The notes beneath the pieces are model-generated. The model was not told the origin of the DNA. It did no database searches and saw only the letters and a list, made by a program, of their open reading frames with translations. This document shows, in pieces, positions 28,971 through 38,743 of a stretch of 64,000 bases of DNA. Positions within the stretch are counted from its first letter, which is position 1; every line of letters begins with the position of its first letter. The translations under genes were made by a program, and so were the position numbers. Origin of the DNA: a virus (taxonomy: Duplodnaviria > Caudoviricetes); IMG/VR virus record IMGVR_UViG_3300004213_000422, positions 7,043 through 71,042 of that record; one strand, 5' to 3'.

Positions 28971-31900
28971 ATGTCCGGCACGACCTACCCGCTTGGTGCT
29001 CGCACCGGCACGAAGCTGCTTATCGGCTCCACGAAGCTCCGCGAGGACTTCAATGGCGTCCCGCTCCTTACCGAAGGCGGCAAGGTGGCCGGCTTCACGG
29101 ATCAGGACGTCGGTCCGGTCACCGTCTTCCAGGCGAATGCCGCGCTTCGCCCCACCTTCATGCCTGCGCTCGCAAGCATGAATGGCCTGGACGCAGCCGA
29201 GTTCGATGGGACCACCGGCCAGTTCTTCGCCACTCAGGGCGGCATCATGGCGCTGGAAAGCGCCAACTTCATGATCGCCATGAGCACGCGCGTTCGGACG
29301 GACCCCGTGGCCGCGCATGGAAGTTTGGTTAGCTTCATGCCGGACGAGGCGGTGGCCGGGCAGGACTTCTACTATGATCTCGAACGGGGCGACGATGCGT
29401 GGTCCCTCAACGCGAGTTGGGATGCGGGCGTCACGGGCACGCCAGGGAAGGGCCTTTACGTGGGGCGCGCGCCCGCCGCAGCCGGTGGCGCGGACCGGCA
29501 CATGCCCGGCGTCTCTTACGCATTCTACGAGAAGGCTGTCGTCCTTCTGGTCGTAGAAAACGGCATCGCGCATGTCCGCTGCAACACGCGCGTCAGTCCC
29601 GACTTCGCTTGGCCCTTCGCCTTCAACAAGCCCGGCCGCCTGACTTTTGGTCGAGCGGTTCGCGCGAGCGACCTGAATTACGTTATCGGCGGCGGGAAGC
29701 CGAACGTCTTCAAGGGCCATCTGGAGGCGGTCTACATCAGCGCGGAGCCGAAGGACGAAGGGTACGTCGGCAATCGCCTGGGTTCGCGTCTGGGGCTCAA
29801 TCTCGGCCTGACAGAGCGCACCGTGGTGGCTCCGGGCGAGCTTCCAGACCCCGATCCGGAGCCTGATCCCGAGACCGATCCCGGCACGGGCACGGGGGGG
29901 ACCATTCCGGACCCCACGACCGGCAATACCGTGACCGTCACGGACGACGGCGGCCTGCCCACGCCGACATCAGGCGTTGGCGCCACGGCCGTGCCGAACT
30001 ACGACTGGCGCGCATGGGCCAAGCCCGTCCCGCCCGCGACGGCGGCTTCAGGCATCCTCATCGCCCCCCGCATGCCCGCCCTGGCGACCACGGCGGAGGT
30101 CGCGTCCTTCATCATCCAGAACGGCTCAGGTTCGGCCCTCTCCGGCCGCTGGGATAGCTGGGGGGAGGTCTTCCCGCCCGGTGTCATGAAGGCCACGCAG
30201 CACCTGAAGATCAGGCGTGCGGGCGTCGAGTACCCGGCGCAGCGGACGATCCTGAGCCGGCACAACGACGGCAGTGCCTTCCACGTCGAGATCGCCGCCC
30301 AGCTTCCCGATCTGGCCGTTGGCGTCAGCCAGCCCGCCAAGCTGGTCCTAATCGCGGCCGGACCAACGGGGGAGAACAAGACCTTCGCGGGGCTCGGGGA
30401 CAAGAACCTTTCCGTGGAGTTCACGGTCGAGGGGACTGTCTACAACAAGGCCGTCACGACCCTGTACTCCGAAGCCCTTGCCAACGGCACGCTGAAGGTC
30501 TTCCGGCAGGGCCCGTTCAAGACGCAGATTCGCGTTCCCGCCTTCACGCACAAGCGTGTCCGGGGCTATCTGGACCTCACGGTGTGGTTCGACAACCACA
30601 TCACCATGACATCGCATCTGCGCGCCGATCTTCAGCGCATCACCACCACGCTTGCGACGAACTGGGCGACCCGCATGGTCGTCAAGCGCGGCACCGTGAC
30701 GCTCTTTGATAGCGGCACGCTCACGCTGTTCCAGGGTCAGGCATTCCGGAAGACGATCTACACCGGGTGGTCTGACGACATGAACAAGATGAGCCAGCCG
30801 CCGACGCACAATCTTCAGCGCGACGTCGGCCGCTACCAGCAGATCGGCGTGCTCCCGGCTCAGCGCCTCTCGGAAGGCATGCGCACCGGGACCGGCAGCA
30901 TGGTCGAGGCCTGGAATGCCGTGTCGGCGCGGAGCGACTACATGCTCCCGCTCGCCGCCAATGGCGTATACCGATACCTGCCGGGGACCGGCGACCGCGC
31001 CGACATCGGCCTGATCCCGGCGTGGATGGGCGCCTGGGGCATGACCCAGGATGACCGTTTCCGGCGCTGGATGCTCGCCACGGCGGAGGCCAGCTTGGCG
31101 ATCCCCTGGAATCACTGGGACGCCGTTCTGGACAAGCCCCTCAGCATCGCGGACCACAACCGGCTGTGGCTGGATAGCCGTGGGCAGGGCGAGAACCCGG
31201 CGGGGATCGTCTTCGCGCCGAACGGAGACGCGCCCAGCGGCTCCGGCTGGACGCTGAACTTCGCGCACCATCCGTCCCTGGCTTTCCTGCCGTGGATCAC
31301 GACGGCTGATCCGATGTGGCAGGACCAGCTTTGCAATGAAGCGCATGTCGGTGCGGCCAGCACTTGGATCAACCGCCGGACGTATATGGGCGGGCAGACC
31401 AAGGCTTGGTCTCTCGTGACCAACGAGGAGTCCCGTGGCGCAGCCTGGATTCTTCGTGGCGTCGTCCTGGCGGCGAAAGCCCTTCAGGACAACCATCCCG
31501 ACAAGCAGTTCTTCGTCAACCTTCAGGAGTTCAACTTCAACGCTTGGCTGAAGAAGGCGCCGCAGTGGCAGGCGGTTCAGGGTGAGCTTTATGGCTGGTT
31601 CGCTGAGACCAGCGGCTGGAACCAGTCCACCGAACTGAAGATGTGGATGCAGGAGAAGTGCATGAACGTGCTTGCCCAGGCAGGCAAGTTCGGCTCTCAG
31701 CTTGCGCTTCGCGTCTTCAACTGGGCGACGAATATCTACGTCAACGTCGATACATCGCCCTCCACGGTGGAGCTATTCCGGCACTACACTTGGTACATCG
31801 ACCCGACCGTCGATACGATCTTGGAGTCTGGCAAGCAGCCCACTGTCACCAAGTGGTCGCAGCTTCCCAGCAAGGTCGCGGCGGACGTGTCTGGCAACTA

Positions 31901-34721
31901 CGGGCTCCTCGCCAAGGCGGTCTTCGCGGACATCAGCATTCTCGGCAAGGATGCGACCATCCGCAACAAGGCGACGAAGCACTACAACGACCTAACCCAG
32001 TGGGTTCCGATTGGCGCGGTCGATTCCGACGCCAAGGACTGGTGGGGCCCGCTGACGGCCGGCTCCCAGCCGACCCTCACCTACGAGGACGTCGGTGATA
32101 CCGAGACCCCCGATCCGGACCCGGAGCCTGATCCGGACGCAGAGCCCGATCCGGTCGATCCTGATCCGGAGGAGCCGACGACCCCGGAGCCGGAGGACCC
32201 TGCCACCCAGGTCTTCCTGTCTCTCGGCGGCAAGGCGCTCCTCATTCGTGACGGCGGGATCGTCGTGAACTCGGGCGTGACGGAGGGGATCACGCTGACG
32301 CGCCCCTCTATCTCTCCCAGCACGCCGACGTTCAGGGCCGGCACGCCGGGGCAGGTCATTGGGACGTTCAACCAGCCGGCCGCGAGCGACACCACCAAGA
32401 ACGCGTCCATCGTCCGCACCATCACGGTGCTGGGTGATCGCTTCGCGCTCAGTTCCAGCAAGACGCAGCTTCAGGAGGGAGCCACCGCGCCGACCCCCGG
32501 CACGCGCTACAGCCTGACGGTGACGGACACCCTGGAGGGGGCCATCAATTCCCCGCAGAGCCTGACCTTTGACGTGATCGCGGAGAGCGCGGAGGTCATC
32601 GTGACCCCCACCGATCCGGACGATCCCGACGCTGATCCGGACCCGGTCGTGATCGTCCCGACTGGCTCCTTTAGCTCACCCCTCCGCCTCACCGGCACGG
32701 GTGCGCCGGCCGGCTCGGTCATCACCATCGGCCACCCGTTCCAGCGCGGTCACCTGTCACCCGGCGGCGCTCTATGCTTCCGGCGCAGCAACGGCACGAA
32801 GATCGCCACCGCGTGGGAGAACAAGAGCGTCCTCTGGGACGATGGGACGGTGCGCTTCGCCGTCGTCCACATCGCGGACCCTGGCCTGACCAACGGTCAG
32901 GTCGAGGATGGATACCTCGTCCCCGAGGCGCCTCCGTCCATGGGGTCTACCGTCAACCTCGCCAGTTCTCTGTCCGGCCAGACCGTGCAGGTCGAGATCA
33001 AGAATGGCAGCAACGTCTACGTCATGGACGTCGTGGCCAGCCTTGGGCAGAGCCGTTGGTGGCAGACGCCGCTGTCCAGCAGCGCCCGCGTGGAGGCGGA
33101 TGTTCCGCGCGCTGCGGTCGGCGGTCTGACGGACGCTCGCCTCATCGTTGATGTCACCTACTCGTCTGACGGCATCATCGACTGCGACGCGAACCTCTGG
33201 AACAGGAATGCTTTCGAGGCGAACCAGGGTCTTGCCACCTTCGACATGCGTATCATCGGCGCTGGCGGCACGAAGAAGTCCCAGTCGGGCATCAACGTGT
33301 ACCTCTACTGCCAGTACAGCATGCGTGCGCGCTGGAAGAAGGCTGACGGCGCGGCTGCCCCAGCCCTTCCGGCGGTGCGGCACAACACGAAGTACATGAG
33401 CGAGACGGGATGGGTCGCGAACTATGACCAAGGCCTGACCTACAATGCGTCCCTGATCACCGACCTCCAAAGCCAGATGGCTTCGGCCGGGTGGAACGAT
33501 CCGCGTTCTTCGCGCGGCATCGGCACGAGCATGGGCGAGACGGGCGGTCGCGGCGACATTGGCGAAAACACGCACCCCAACGCGCTCTGGCTTGCGACGG
33601 GGCACCCTGTCGCCGCGAAGTACGCGATGGATCAGTCCGACGCCGCCGGGCAAATCCCCTGGCATCCGTGGAATCGGAAGTACGGTCGGTGGATCAATCC
33701 AATTGACCAGCCGTACAACCGCGCCTCTGCCGATCACGATTCGAGCTACCGGCGCTCAGGCGCGGAGAAGAATCCGTGGAGTATGGACGCGGGCCATATG
33801 CCACAGAACAACTTCGTTCCGTACCTCCTGACTGCCCGTCGCGTCTGCCTTGACCGGCTGATGGGGCAGGCTGCCTGGACTATCATGGAGAAGGCGCCGG
33901 CAGGGTTTGAGCGGGGTGTTCCAAGCGCCACCGACGCCGATACCGATGCCGGCAGGCAGGCGCGCAAGGACAGCATCCTTGCCAATGCGGCTGGCGTTGA
34001 CTTCACCTATGGCGTGCAGGTCCGCAGCGGAGCCTGGACGTGGCGCAGCCTGATCGACGCGAGCATTGCGCCCGTGTCCGAGACACCGCACGGCGACTAC
34101 TTCCGCCGCTGTGTGGAAGCTGTGATGAACAGGTGGACGCGCGCCAAGGCTGCGCTAAAGACCCAGCAAGGGGAGCTTTACGGGTTCCCGCACGGGTGGG
34201 TCTACGGCAACCCCTGCAATGGCTGGGGCGCGTCCTGGCAGATGGACATGACGGCCTCGCAGATCGTGCGCGGCGCGTATCTCGGCTACTCCAACCACCG
34301 GGAGTGGCTGCCGCACGCGGACAACTGGTTCTCGGGCCGTTTCACGAACAACTCCAAGGGCTTCAACCCGGCGGACGGCGTCCAGTACAACCTGCGATTC
34401 TCCTCTGTCTGCCCGGTGGGTTACAACATCGAGTACACGAAGACCTGGGCGGCCCTTCAGGCGGCCACCGGGAGCGGCACCTACGGCGCGAACTTCTCCA
34501 AGGTCACCAGCATCGGCAATGACTATGTCATGCGCGCCGTTGCGGTGAACGAGCAGTGGATCGACGTTCTGGAGAAGTTCGGATACAGCAGCACGCGGGC
34601 GAAAGACGCGCAGACCTTCCTGGCAGGCGTTCCCAAGGCGATGACCTTCACGGACCTCGCTTCCTACCAGCGGACTCCGCAAATCAGCATCATCCGTCGC
34701 GGCAAGACTCGTCAGCCATAA
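28971..34721 (+). CDS. Giant tail/receptor-binding protein: LamG-like N-terminus plus two related PcRGLX/YetA-like modules
   Basis: GEVFPPG...RHNDGS and GHPFQRG...LWDDGT paired with TGDRADIG and TGGRGDIG; Pro/Asp/Glu linkers. Confidence 0.65.
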   Translation: MSGTTYPLGARTGTKLLIGSTKLREDFNGVPLLTEGGKVAGFTDQDVGPVTVFQANAALRPTFMPALASMNGLDAAEFDGTTGQFFATQGGIMALESANFMIAMSTRVRTDPVAAHGSLVSFMPDEAVAGQDFYYDLERGDDAWSLNASWDAGVTGTPGKGLYVGRAPAAAGGADRHMPGVSYAFYEKAVVLLVVENGIAHVRCNTRVSPDFAWPFAFNKPGRLTFGRAVRASDLNYVIGGGKPNVFKGHLEAVYISAEPKDEGYVGNRLGSRLGLNLGLTERTVVAPGELPDPDPEPDPETDPGTGTGGTIPDPTTGNTVTVTDDGGLPTPTSGVGATAVPNYDWRAWAKPVPPATAASGILIAPRMPALATTAEVASFIIQNGSGSALSGRWDSWGEVFPPGVMKATQHLKIRRAGVEYPAQRTILSRHNDGSAFHVEIAAQLPDLAVGVSQPAKLVLIAAGPTGENKTFAGLGDKNLSVEFTVEGTVYNKAVTTLYSEALANGTLKVFRQGPFKTQIRVPAFTHKRVRGYLDLTVWFDNHITMTSHLRADLQRITTTLATNWATRMVVKRGTVTLFDSGTLTLFQGQAFRKTIYTGWSDDMNKMSQPPTHNLQRDVGRYQQIGVLPAQRLSEGMRTGTGSMVEAWNAVSARSDYMLPLAANGVYRYLPGTGDRADIGLIPAWMGAWGMTQDDRFRRWMLATAEASLAIPWNHWDAVLDKPLSIADHNRLWLDSRGQGENPAGIVFAPNGDAPSGSGWTLNFAHHPSLAFLPWITTADPMWQDQLCNEAHVGAASTWINRRTYMGGQTKAWSLVTNEESRGAAWILRGVVLAAKALQDNHPDKQFFVNLQEFNFNAWLKKAPQWQAVQGELYGWFAETSGWNQSTELKMWMQEKCMNVLAQAGKFGSQLALRVFNWATNIYVNVDTSPSTVELFRHYTWYIDPTVDTILESGKQPTVTKWSQLPSKVAADVSGNYGLLAKAVFADISILGKDATIRNKATKHYNDLTQWVPIGAVDSDAKDWWGPLTAGSQPTLTYEDVGDTETPDPDPEPDPDAEPDPVDPDPEEPTTPEPEDPATQVFLSLGGKALLIRDGGIVVNSGVTEGITLTRPSISPSTPTFRAGTPGQVIGTFNQPAASDTTKNASIVRTITVLGDRFALSSSKTQLQEGATAPTPGTRYSLTVTDTLEGAINSPQSLTFDVIAESAEVIVTPTDPDDPDADPDPVVIVPTGSFSSPLRLTGTGAPAGSVITIGHPFQRGHLSPGGALCFRRSNGTKIATAWENKSVLWDDGTVRFAVVHIADPGLTNGQVEDGYLVPEAPPSMGSTVNLASSLSGQTVQVEIKNGSNVYVMDVVASLGQSRWWQTPLSSSARVEADVPRAAVGGLTDARLIVDVTYSSDGIIDCDANLWNRNAFEANQGLATFDMRIIGAGGTKKSQSGINVYLYCQYSMRARWKKADGAAAPALPAVRHNTKYMSETGWVANYDQGLTYNASLITDLQSQMASAGWNDPRSSRGIGTSMGETGGRGDIGENTHPNALWLATGHPVAAKYAMDQSDAAGQIPWHPWNRKYGRWINPIDQPYNRASADHDSSYRRSGAEKNPWSMDAGHMPQNNFVPYLLTARRVCLDRLMGQAAWTIMEKAPAGFERGVPSATDADTDAGRQARKDSILANAAGVDFTYGVQVRSGAWTWRSLIDASIAPVSETPHGDYFRRCVEAVMNRWTRAKAALKTQQGELYGFPHGWVYGNPCNGWGASWQMDMTASQIVRGAYLGYSNHREWLPHADNWFSGRFTNNSKGFNPADGVQYNLRFSSVCPVGYNIEYTKTWAALQAATGSGTYGANFSKVTSIGNDYVMRAVAVNEQWIDVLEKFGYSSTRAKDAQTFLAGVPKAMTFTDLASYQRTPQISIIRRGKTRQP

Positions 34722-34730
34722 GGAGGGCGC

Positions 34731-35462
34731 ATGTCGCTCACTCGCCTCAGCACGGGACTCAAGTTCACGGCCGCCGCGATGGCGCCCTACAACACGACTC
34801 CCAAATACGCACTCTTCGCGTTGAAGACGCCGTCGTTCGACAGCTACGCGGCGTTCTTCCAGATGCGTGGCACGGCGTCAGACGGGTATGATGGATACCA
34901 CAACCTGATCCTCCAGTACGGCATGTATGTCGTGCTGGAGGATCGTGGTCGGAATTACGGCGCTCCACTCGGCGTCTCGGTCAAGGCTGACCCAGGCTAC
35001 AACCTGAGCGCGGACGGCAAGGTCAATAAGTGGACGTGGTTCCTGATCCACATCGACAGCCTCAGTGCGCGCGGATTCCGTGTCGGCGGCTCCGTTGACT
35101 TCACGGTTGGCGGAACCTTCAATACGCCGGCAGCCATCAGCCGCATGGAGATTGGTTGGGGTCTGCCTGACAGCGCGAAGATCGCGCACGTCCACTGGTT
35201 CTCGGCGCTTAGCCTGACGCAGTACAACGCCATCGTGGCCGGCACTCTCGATCCGTCCACCGTGGAGACGTTGATTGACGGCTTCACCTTCAAGTCTGGT
35301 ATGTCGTCGGTGAAGGGTCTTCTGACGGCGACGCCGTACAATGCCACGACGCCGCCTCAGATCGACAGCAGTGACGATCCGGTTGTTGGCTCCTCGCCGG
35401 GAGGCGTGACGCCCCCGGCAGGCGACACCCTGATCCGCCGCAGCGGCGGCTTTGGGTGGTAG
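34731..35462 (+). CDS. Hypothetical beta-rich protein, probably virion-associated
   Basis: GGAGG RBS, last ORF of the tail block. Confidence 0.55.
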   Translation: MSLTRLSTGLKFTAAAMAPYNTTPKYALFALKTPSFDSYAAFFQMRGTASDGYDGYHNLILQYGMYVVLEDRGRNYGAPLGVSVKADPGYNLSADGKVNKWTWFLIHIDSLSARGFRVGGSVDFTVGGTFNTPAAISRMEIGWGLPDSAKIAHVHWFSALSLTQYNAIVAGTLDPSTVETLIDGFTFKSGMSSVKGLLTATPYNATTPPQIDSSDDPVVGSSPGGVTPPAGDTLIRRSGGFGW

Positions 35463-35469
35463 GCGGAGG

Positions 35470-35889
35470 ATGCCCAAGAAGATCGTCAACCTGTTCTCCA
35501 GATACTTTCTGGAGACAGTGTCGGGCTGGAGGATAATCCACTGGATGGCCACGGCAGTCGTGCTGTGGCTGTCCTTCCTGTTCTTCCTGCCCGGCGACAC
35601 ATTCAAGCTGAGCCCAGCCTACACCTACTTCGCGGACACGATGAGGGAGGAGCGCTGGGCCATCGCCTTCCTCATCGTCGGCGTCGTCGGGCTCATGTCG
35701 GGAGCATCAACCGATCTCCACCTGAAGATCATCGGCAGCATGCTCCTGAGCATCGCGCATGGCGTGTTCGCCACGCTGCTTTTTCTTGGCGCTCCCCTAT
35801 CGACCGGCTCCGGCACATACGCGTTCATCGCCATCGTAACGACGCTAAGGCTGTGGCGTCTTGTGAAGGTGAAGTCTCATGACGGATGA
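35470..35889 (+). CDS. Multi-TM membrane protein in lysis cassette
   Basis: About four hydrophobic segments; GGAGG directly before ATG 35470. Confidence 0.7.
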   Translation: MPKKIVNLFSRYFLETVSGWRIIHWMATAVVLWLSFLFFLPGDTFKLSPAYTYFADTMREERWAIAFLIVGVVGLMSGASTDLHLKIIGSMLLSIAHGVFATLLFLGAPLSTGSGTYAFIAIVTTLRLWRLVKVKSHDG

Positions 35890-36346
35890 AGCGAGGGACC
35901 TGTACCGAAATCCGACCACGATGACTGGCCGGCTGAAGAAGACCCTGCGTGGCATCTGGGCCAGGGAGCCCTGGTGGGCTGAGTTCTGGGCCGGCGTCAG
36001 CACGGTGCTCTGGGCTGTCTGGCCGTACCTCACGGGTGACGGTATAGACACAAGGCCTACATGGTTCGTCGCTTCCCTGCTGCTGGATGAGCACAGGTGG
36101 CAGTACGGAGGGATGATTCTTGGATGCGCGAAGATATTCATCCTCCTTCAGGACGCCCCCTACGTTCGCTGGCTGAGGCTTGTGTCCTGCTTCTTTGGTG
36201 CGTGGTTCTGGAGCTTCCTGGCGACGTCTCTGCTTATGGTGGACGCGGGCGCTCCCAGCGTCGCGCTCTACATCGTCCCAGCCCTGATCAACGTCTATTC
36301 CATGGTGCGCTTGCAGCCGCATGCGGTGCTTAGATGGGAGAACTAG
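35879..36346 (+). CDS. Multi-TM membrane protein, apparent paralog of preceding gene
   Basis: Shared GD.....P......M/L.E.RW.....G pattern. Confidence 0.65.
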   Translation: MTDEARDLYRNPTTMTGRLKKTLRGIWAREPWWAEFWAGVSTVLWAVWPYLTGDGIDTRPTWFVASLLLDEHRWQYGGMILGCAKIFILLQDAPYVRWLRLVSCFFGAWFWSFLATSLLMVDAGAPSVALYIVPALINVYSMVRLQPHAVLRWEN

Positions 36347-36789
36347 GCCCAGGCGCAGCTTGGTGGGCCGTGGTGATTTCCGCAGTTCCTTCCATCGGTG
36401 CTGGCGCCTTCATGTTGCTGAAGTGGCTGGCGGAGCGCCAGGACACGACGGAAGGCCGGCGCACGACGCGTGAGCAGCAGGAAGCGGCTGAGATCGCGCG
36501 CGACCGCGAGAAGCTGAACGAGCGCACCAATTCTTGGATCGCTCGCCTGGAGGAGGACAATAAGCGTCTCCGTGGCGCCATCGAGAATAGGGACGACGAG
36601 ATCGCCGCTCTCGGCCGCTACCTGACGGACCTGCGTTGGTATGCCTGGACCCTGCGCGGTCTGATGCGAGAGGCCCGGCATATTGCCCAGGCGCAGCAGC
36701 GCATGATGCCCCAGCCCAACGCAATCCCGCCCATCGTCTGGCAGGAGGAGCCCGTTGAGCCTCCCATGATCCAGCCCCCAGGAGAATAG
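36334..36789 (+). CDS. N-terminal TM plus coiled-coil protein (lysis cassette)
   Basis: One TM segment then coiled coil. Confidence 0.6.
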   Translation: MGELGPGAAWWAVVISAVPSIGAGAFMLLKWLAERQDTTEGRRTTREQQEAAEIARDREKLNERTNSWIARLEEDNKRLRGAIENRDDEIAALGRYLTDLRWYAWTLRGLMREARHIAQAQQRMMPQPNAIPPIVWQEEPVEPPMIQPPGE

Positions 36790-36792
36790 ACC

Positions 36793-37509
36793 GTGCCGCT
36801 CCTCGCCTTGCTCCCATTCGCCCTGCGACTGGTGCCAGAACTCCTCACGGTTTTTGCGGGGGACAAGACCGGGAAGCTGGCGGAACAGGCGGCCGATATG
36901 GTGCGCACCGCCACCGGCACGACCGATCCGAAGGAGGCCCAGAACGCCCTGGCCGCAGACGTTGAGAAGCAGACCCAGCTTCGCATCCAACTTGCCAGCA
37001 TCATCGCGCAACAGGAGGCTGCCAAGGACGCGGCCCAGAACGAGGCGATGCGTACTGCGCTGCAAGCGGAAGTGGCGCGCCTTGCGAGCGTGCAGGGCGC
37101 CAGGGACCGCGACACCGCCTTGCGGCAGAGTGGAGAGCGTAATGTGCGCGCCGACGTCATGGTTGGCCTTGTGCTGGTCGGACTCTGCATCGTCGCCGTG
37201 ATCCTCTGGGCCGGGAACTTCCCGCAGGGCGGCTCCGTGGAGGGGTTCTTCCTGGCGGTCGGCGGCGTCTTCCTGGCCTGCTTCAAGGACGCCTTCTCGT
37301 TTGAGTTCGGCAGCAGCCGGGGCAGCATGGACAAGTCGGCCGCCATGGAACGCCTCGCCACAAGCGGCCAGGGCGCGTCAGGGGCGGCCGTCACCACCAC
37401 GGGGGATGTAGCTACCACCGGCAGCGTGACGGTCCAGACGGGCTCCACACAGCCCATGGCGGATACCCTCATGGACCGCTTCAACCCAGGGAGCGTGCGG
37501 ACACCATGA
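36793..37509 (+). CDS. Holin-like protein
   Basis: ARDRD motif, two TM segments and FEFGSSRGS signature; directly upstream of endolysin. Confidence 0.65.
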   Translation: MPLLALLPFALRLVPELLTVFAGDKTGKLAEQAADMVRTATGTTDPKEAQNALAADVEKQTQLRIQLASIIAQQEAAKDAAQNEAMRTALQAEVARLASVQGARDRDTALRQSGERNVRADVMVGLVLVGLCIVAVILWAGNFPQGGSVEGFFLAVGGVFLACFKDAFSFEFGSSRGSMDKSAAMERLATSGQGASGAAVTTTGDVATTGSVTVQTGSTQPMADTLMDRFNPGSVRTP

Positions 37510-38183
37510 ATGATCGTGATCTGGCGTCTCGCCTCGCCTCCATAGCTGCCGATTTGGCCCAGCTTGCGGCCGATCTGGCAGTCCCGTGTCCGGAGGTCTC
37601 CGCGCCGCCCCTGGCGCCTCTTCCTGCGCCCCTACCCACGGTGCCGGTCGTGCCCGTTGTGCAGCCCTCCACGAATGCCCGCTTCCTGGCATGCGTCGGC
37701 ATCGTGTTGGGCCACGAAGGCGGCTATGTGAACCACCCGGACGATCCTGGCGGCGCCACCAACATGGGCATCACCCAGGCGACCCTGGCTGCCTATCGCG
37801 GTCGGGATGTGTCTGTGGCGGATGTACAGCGACTGGCGCTTGCGGAGGCGCGGGCGATCTATGAGACCCGATACTGGCTGCCCAACAGGTGCGACCACAT
37901 GGAGCCGGGCGTTGACCTCGCCGTCTTCGACTTCGCGGTGAACAGCGGCGGAGCAATCAAGGCCATCCAGAAGATGCTTGGCGTGAAGGTGGATGGCGGT
38001 GTCGGCGCCGAGACGCTTGGAGCTATGGCCCAGTACGAGGCAAGCGACCTGATCGTCCGCATCAGCCAAACCCGCATGACGTATCTTCGCGGGCTGAAGG
38101 TGTTTGAGACTTTCGGCAATGGTCTCACGGCGCGCGTGGATCACACCCGACAGGTCGCACTGGCGATGGCTGGATCGAAGTAA
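37506..38183 (+). CDS. Endolysin, glycoside hydrolase family 108
   Basis: HEGGYVNHPDDPGGATNMGIT, FDFAVNSG, DGGVGAETL. Confidence 0.93.
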   Translation: MNDRDLASRLASIAADLAQLAADLAVPCPEVSAPPLAPLPAPLPTVPVVPVVQPSTNARFLACVGIVLGHEGGYVNHPDDPGGATNMGITQATLAAYRGRDVSVADVQRLALAEARAIYETRYWLPNRCDHMEPGVDLAVFDFAVNSGGAIKAIQKMLGVKVDGGVGAETLGAMAQYEASDLIVRISQTRMTYLRGLKVFETFGNGLTARVDHTRQVALAMAGSK

Positions 38184-38186
38184 GGA

Positions 38187-38271
38187 TGGTGGGTAGGGTA
38201 GGAATCGAACCTACAAGCCGTTAGGCGACCGCTTTACAGGCGGCTGATTTAGCCAGTTTACCATCCTACCC
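38187..38271 (-). tRNA. tRNA-Tyr(GUA)
   Basis: Minus strand GGGTAGG...GCCGC-CTGTAAA-GCGGT...GTAGGTTCGATTCCTAC-CCTACCC-ACCA; long variable arm. Confidence 0.95.
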
Positions 38272-38418
38272 GAAACTCTGGGGTGCCTCTCTCCCCCCTG
38301 TCACGCACCCGTTTGTCGTGAGGCTTGGCGTGACCTGGGCGTCCCCAGAAGCCTACCCCATGGGACGTGGACCTTCGCTGATGAACATCTTCGAAGGCTT
38401 GCGTTCAACCCACATTCG

Positions 38419-38530
38419 AACTGGCTGTGTGGCACCACGGAACAGTCGGAAACGGCAGTGCGGGCTTTCGCCAGCGGATTAACAATCCGATGCAACCGTA
38501 ACCTACACCAGTGGTGCCACACAGCCAGTT
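38419..38530 (-). ncRNA. Y-RNA-like RNA with two-hairpin interior
   Basis: Perfect 20-bp terminal stem; UGGUGUAGG..ACGG / CUGUUCC motif shared with two neighbours. Confidence 0.75.
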
Positions 38531-38559
38531 AGCGCGAGCTATGAAGTGAAGCAAGAGAA

Positions 38560-38698
38560 GCGACGCTGCGGAACAGGCGGACACGGTCTTTCGTGCTCTA
38601 TCCACTGAGCTACGGCCGAGTTCCCTCAACCGGGTGGATTCGAACCACCGACCCCGACCTCCATATGGTGAAACCGTACCCTACACCAGCAGCGTCGC
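38560..38698 (-). ncRNA. yrlA: YrlA-type Y RNA (tRNA-mimic domain)
   Basis: 10-bp terminal stem; T-arm GGUGG-UUCGAAU-CCACC precedes D-arm UAGCUCAGUGGAUAGAGC (permuted order); 45 nt from the Ro60 stop. Confidence 0.85.
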
Positions 38699-38743
38699 AA
38701 TGGCCGTATAGCGCATACTATCCGGCCACGCAAGAGGGGAGTG

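Noticed and set aside
27852-29720. 622-aa minus-strand ORF
   Set aside because: Antisense to tail genes, no motifs
38277-38349. SRP, 6S or tmRNA identity for the hairpin
   Set aside because: No SRP domain IV consensus or tmRNA ends; too short for 6S; left unassigned
38590-38655. A sixth tRNA gene
   Set aside because: Arms are in permuted order with no anticodon loop or CCA; interpreted as YrlA
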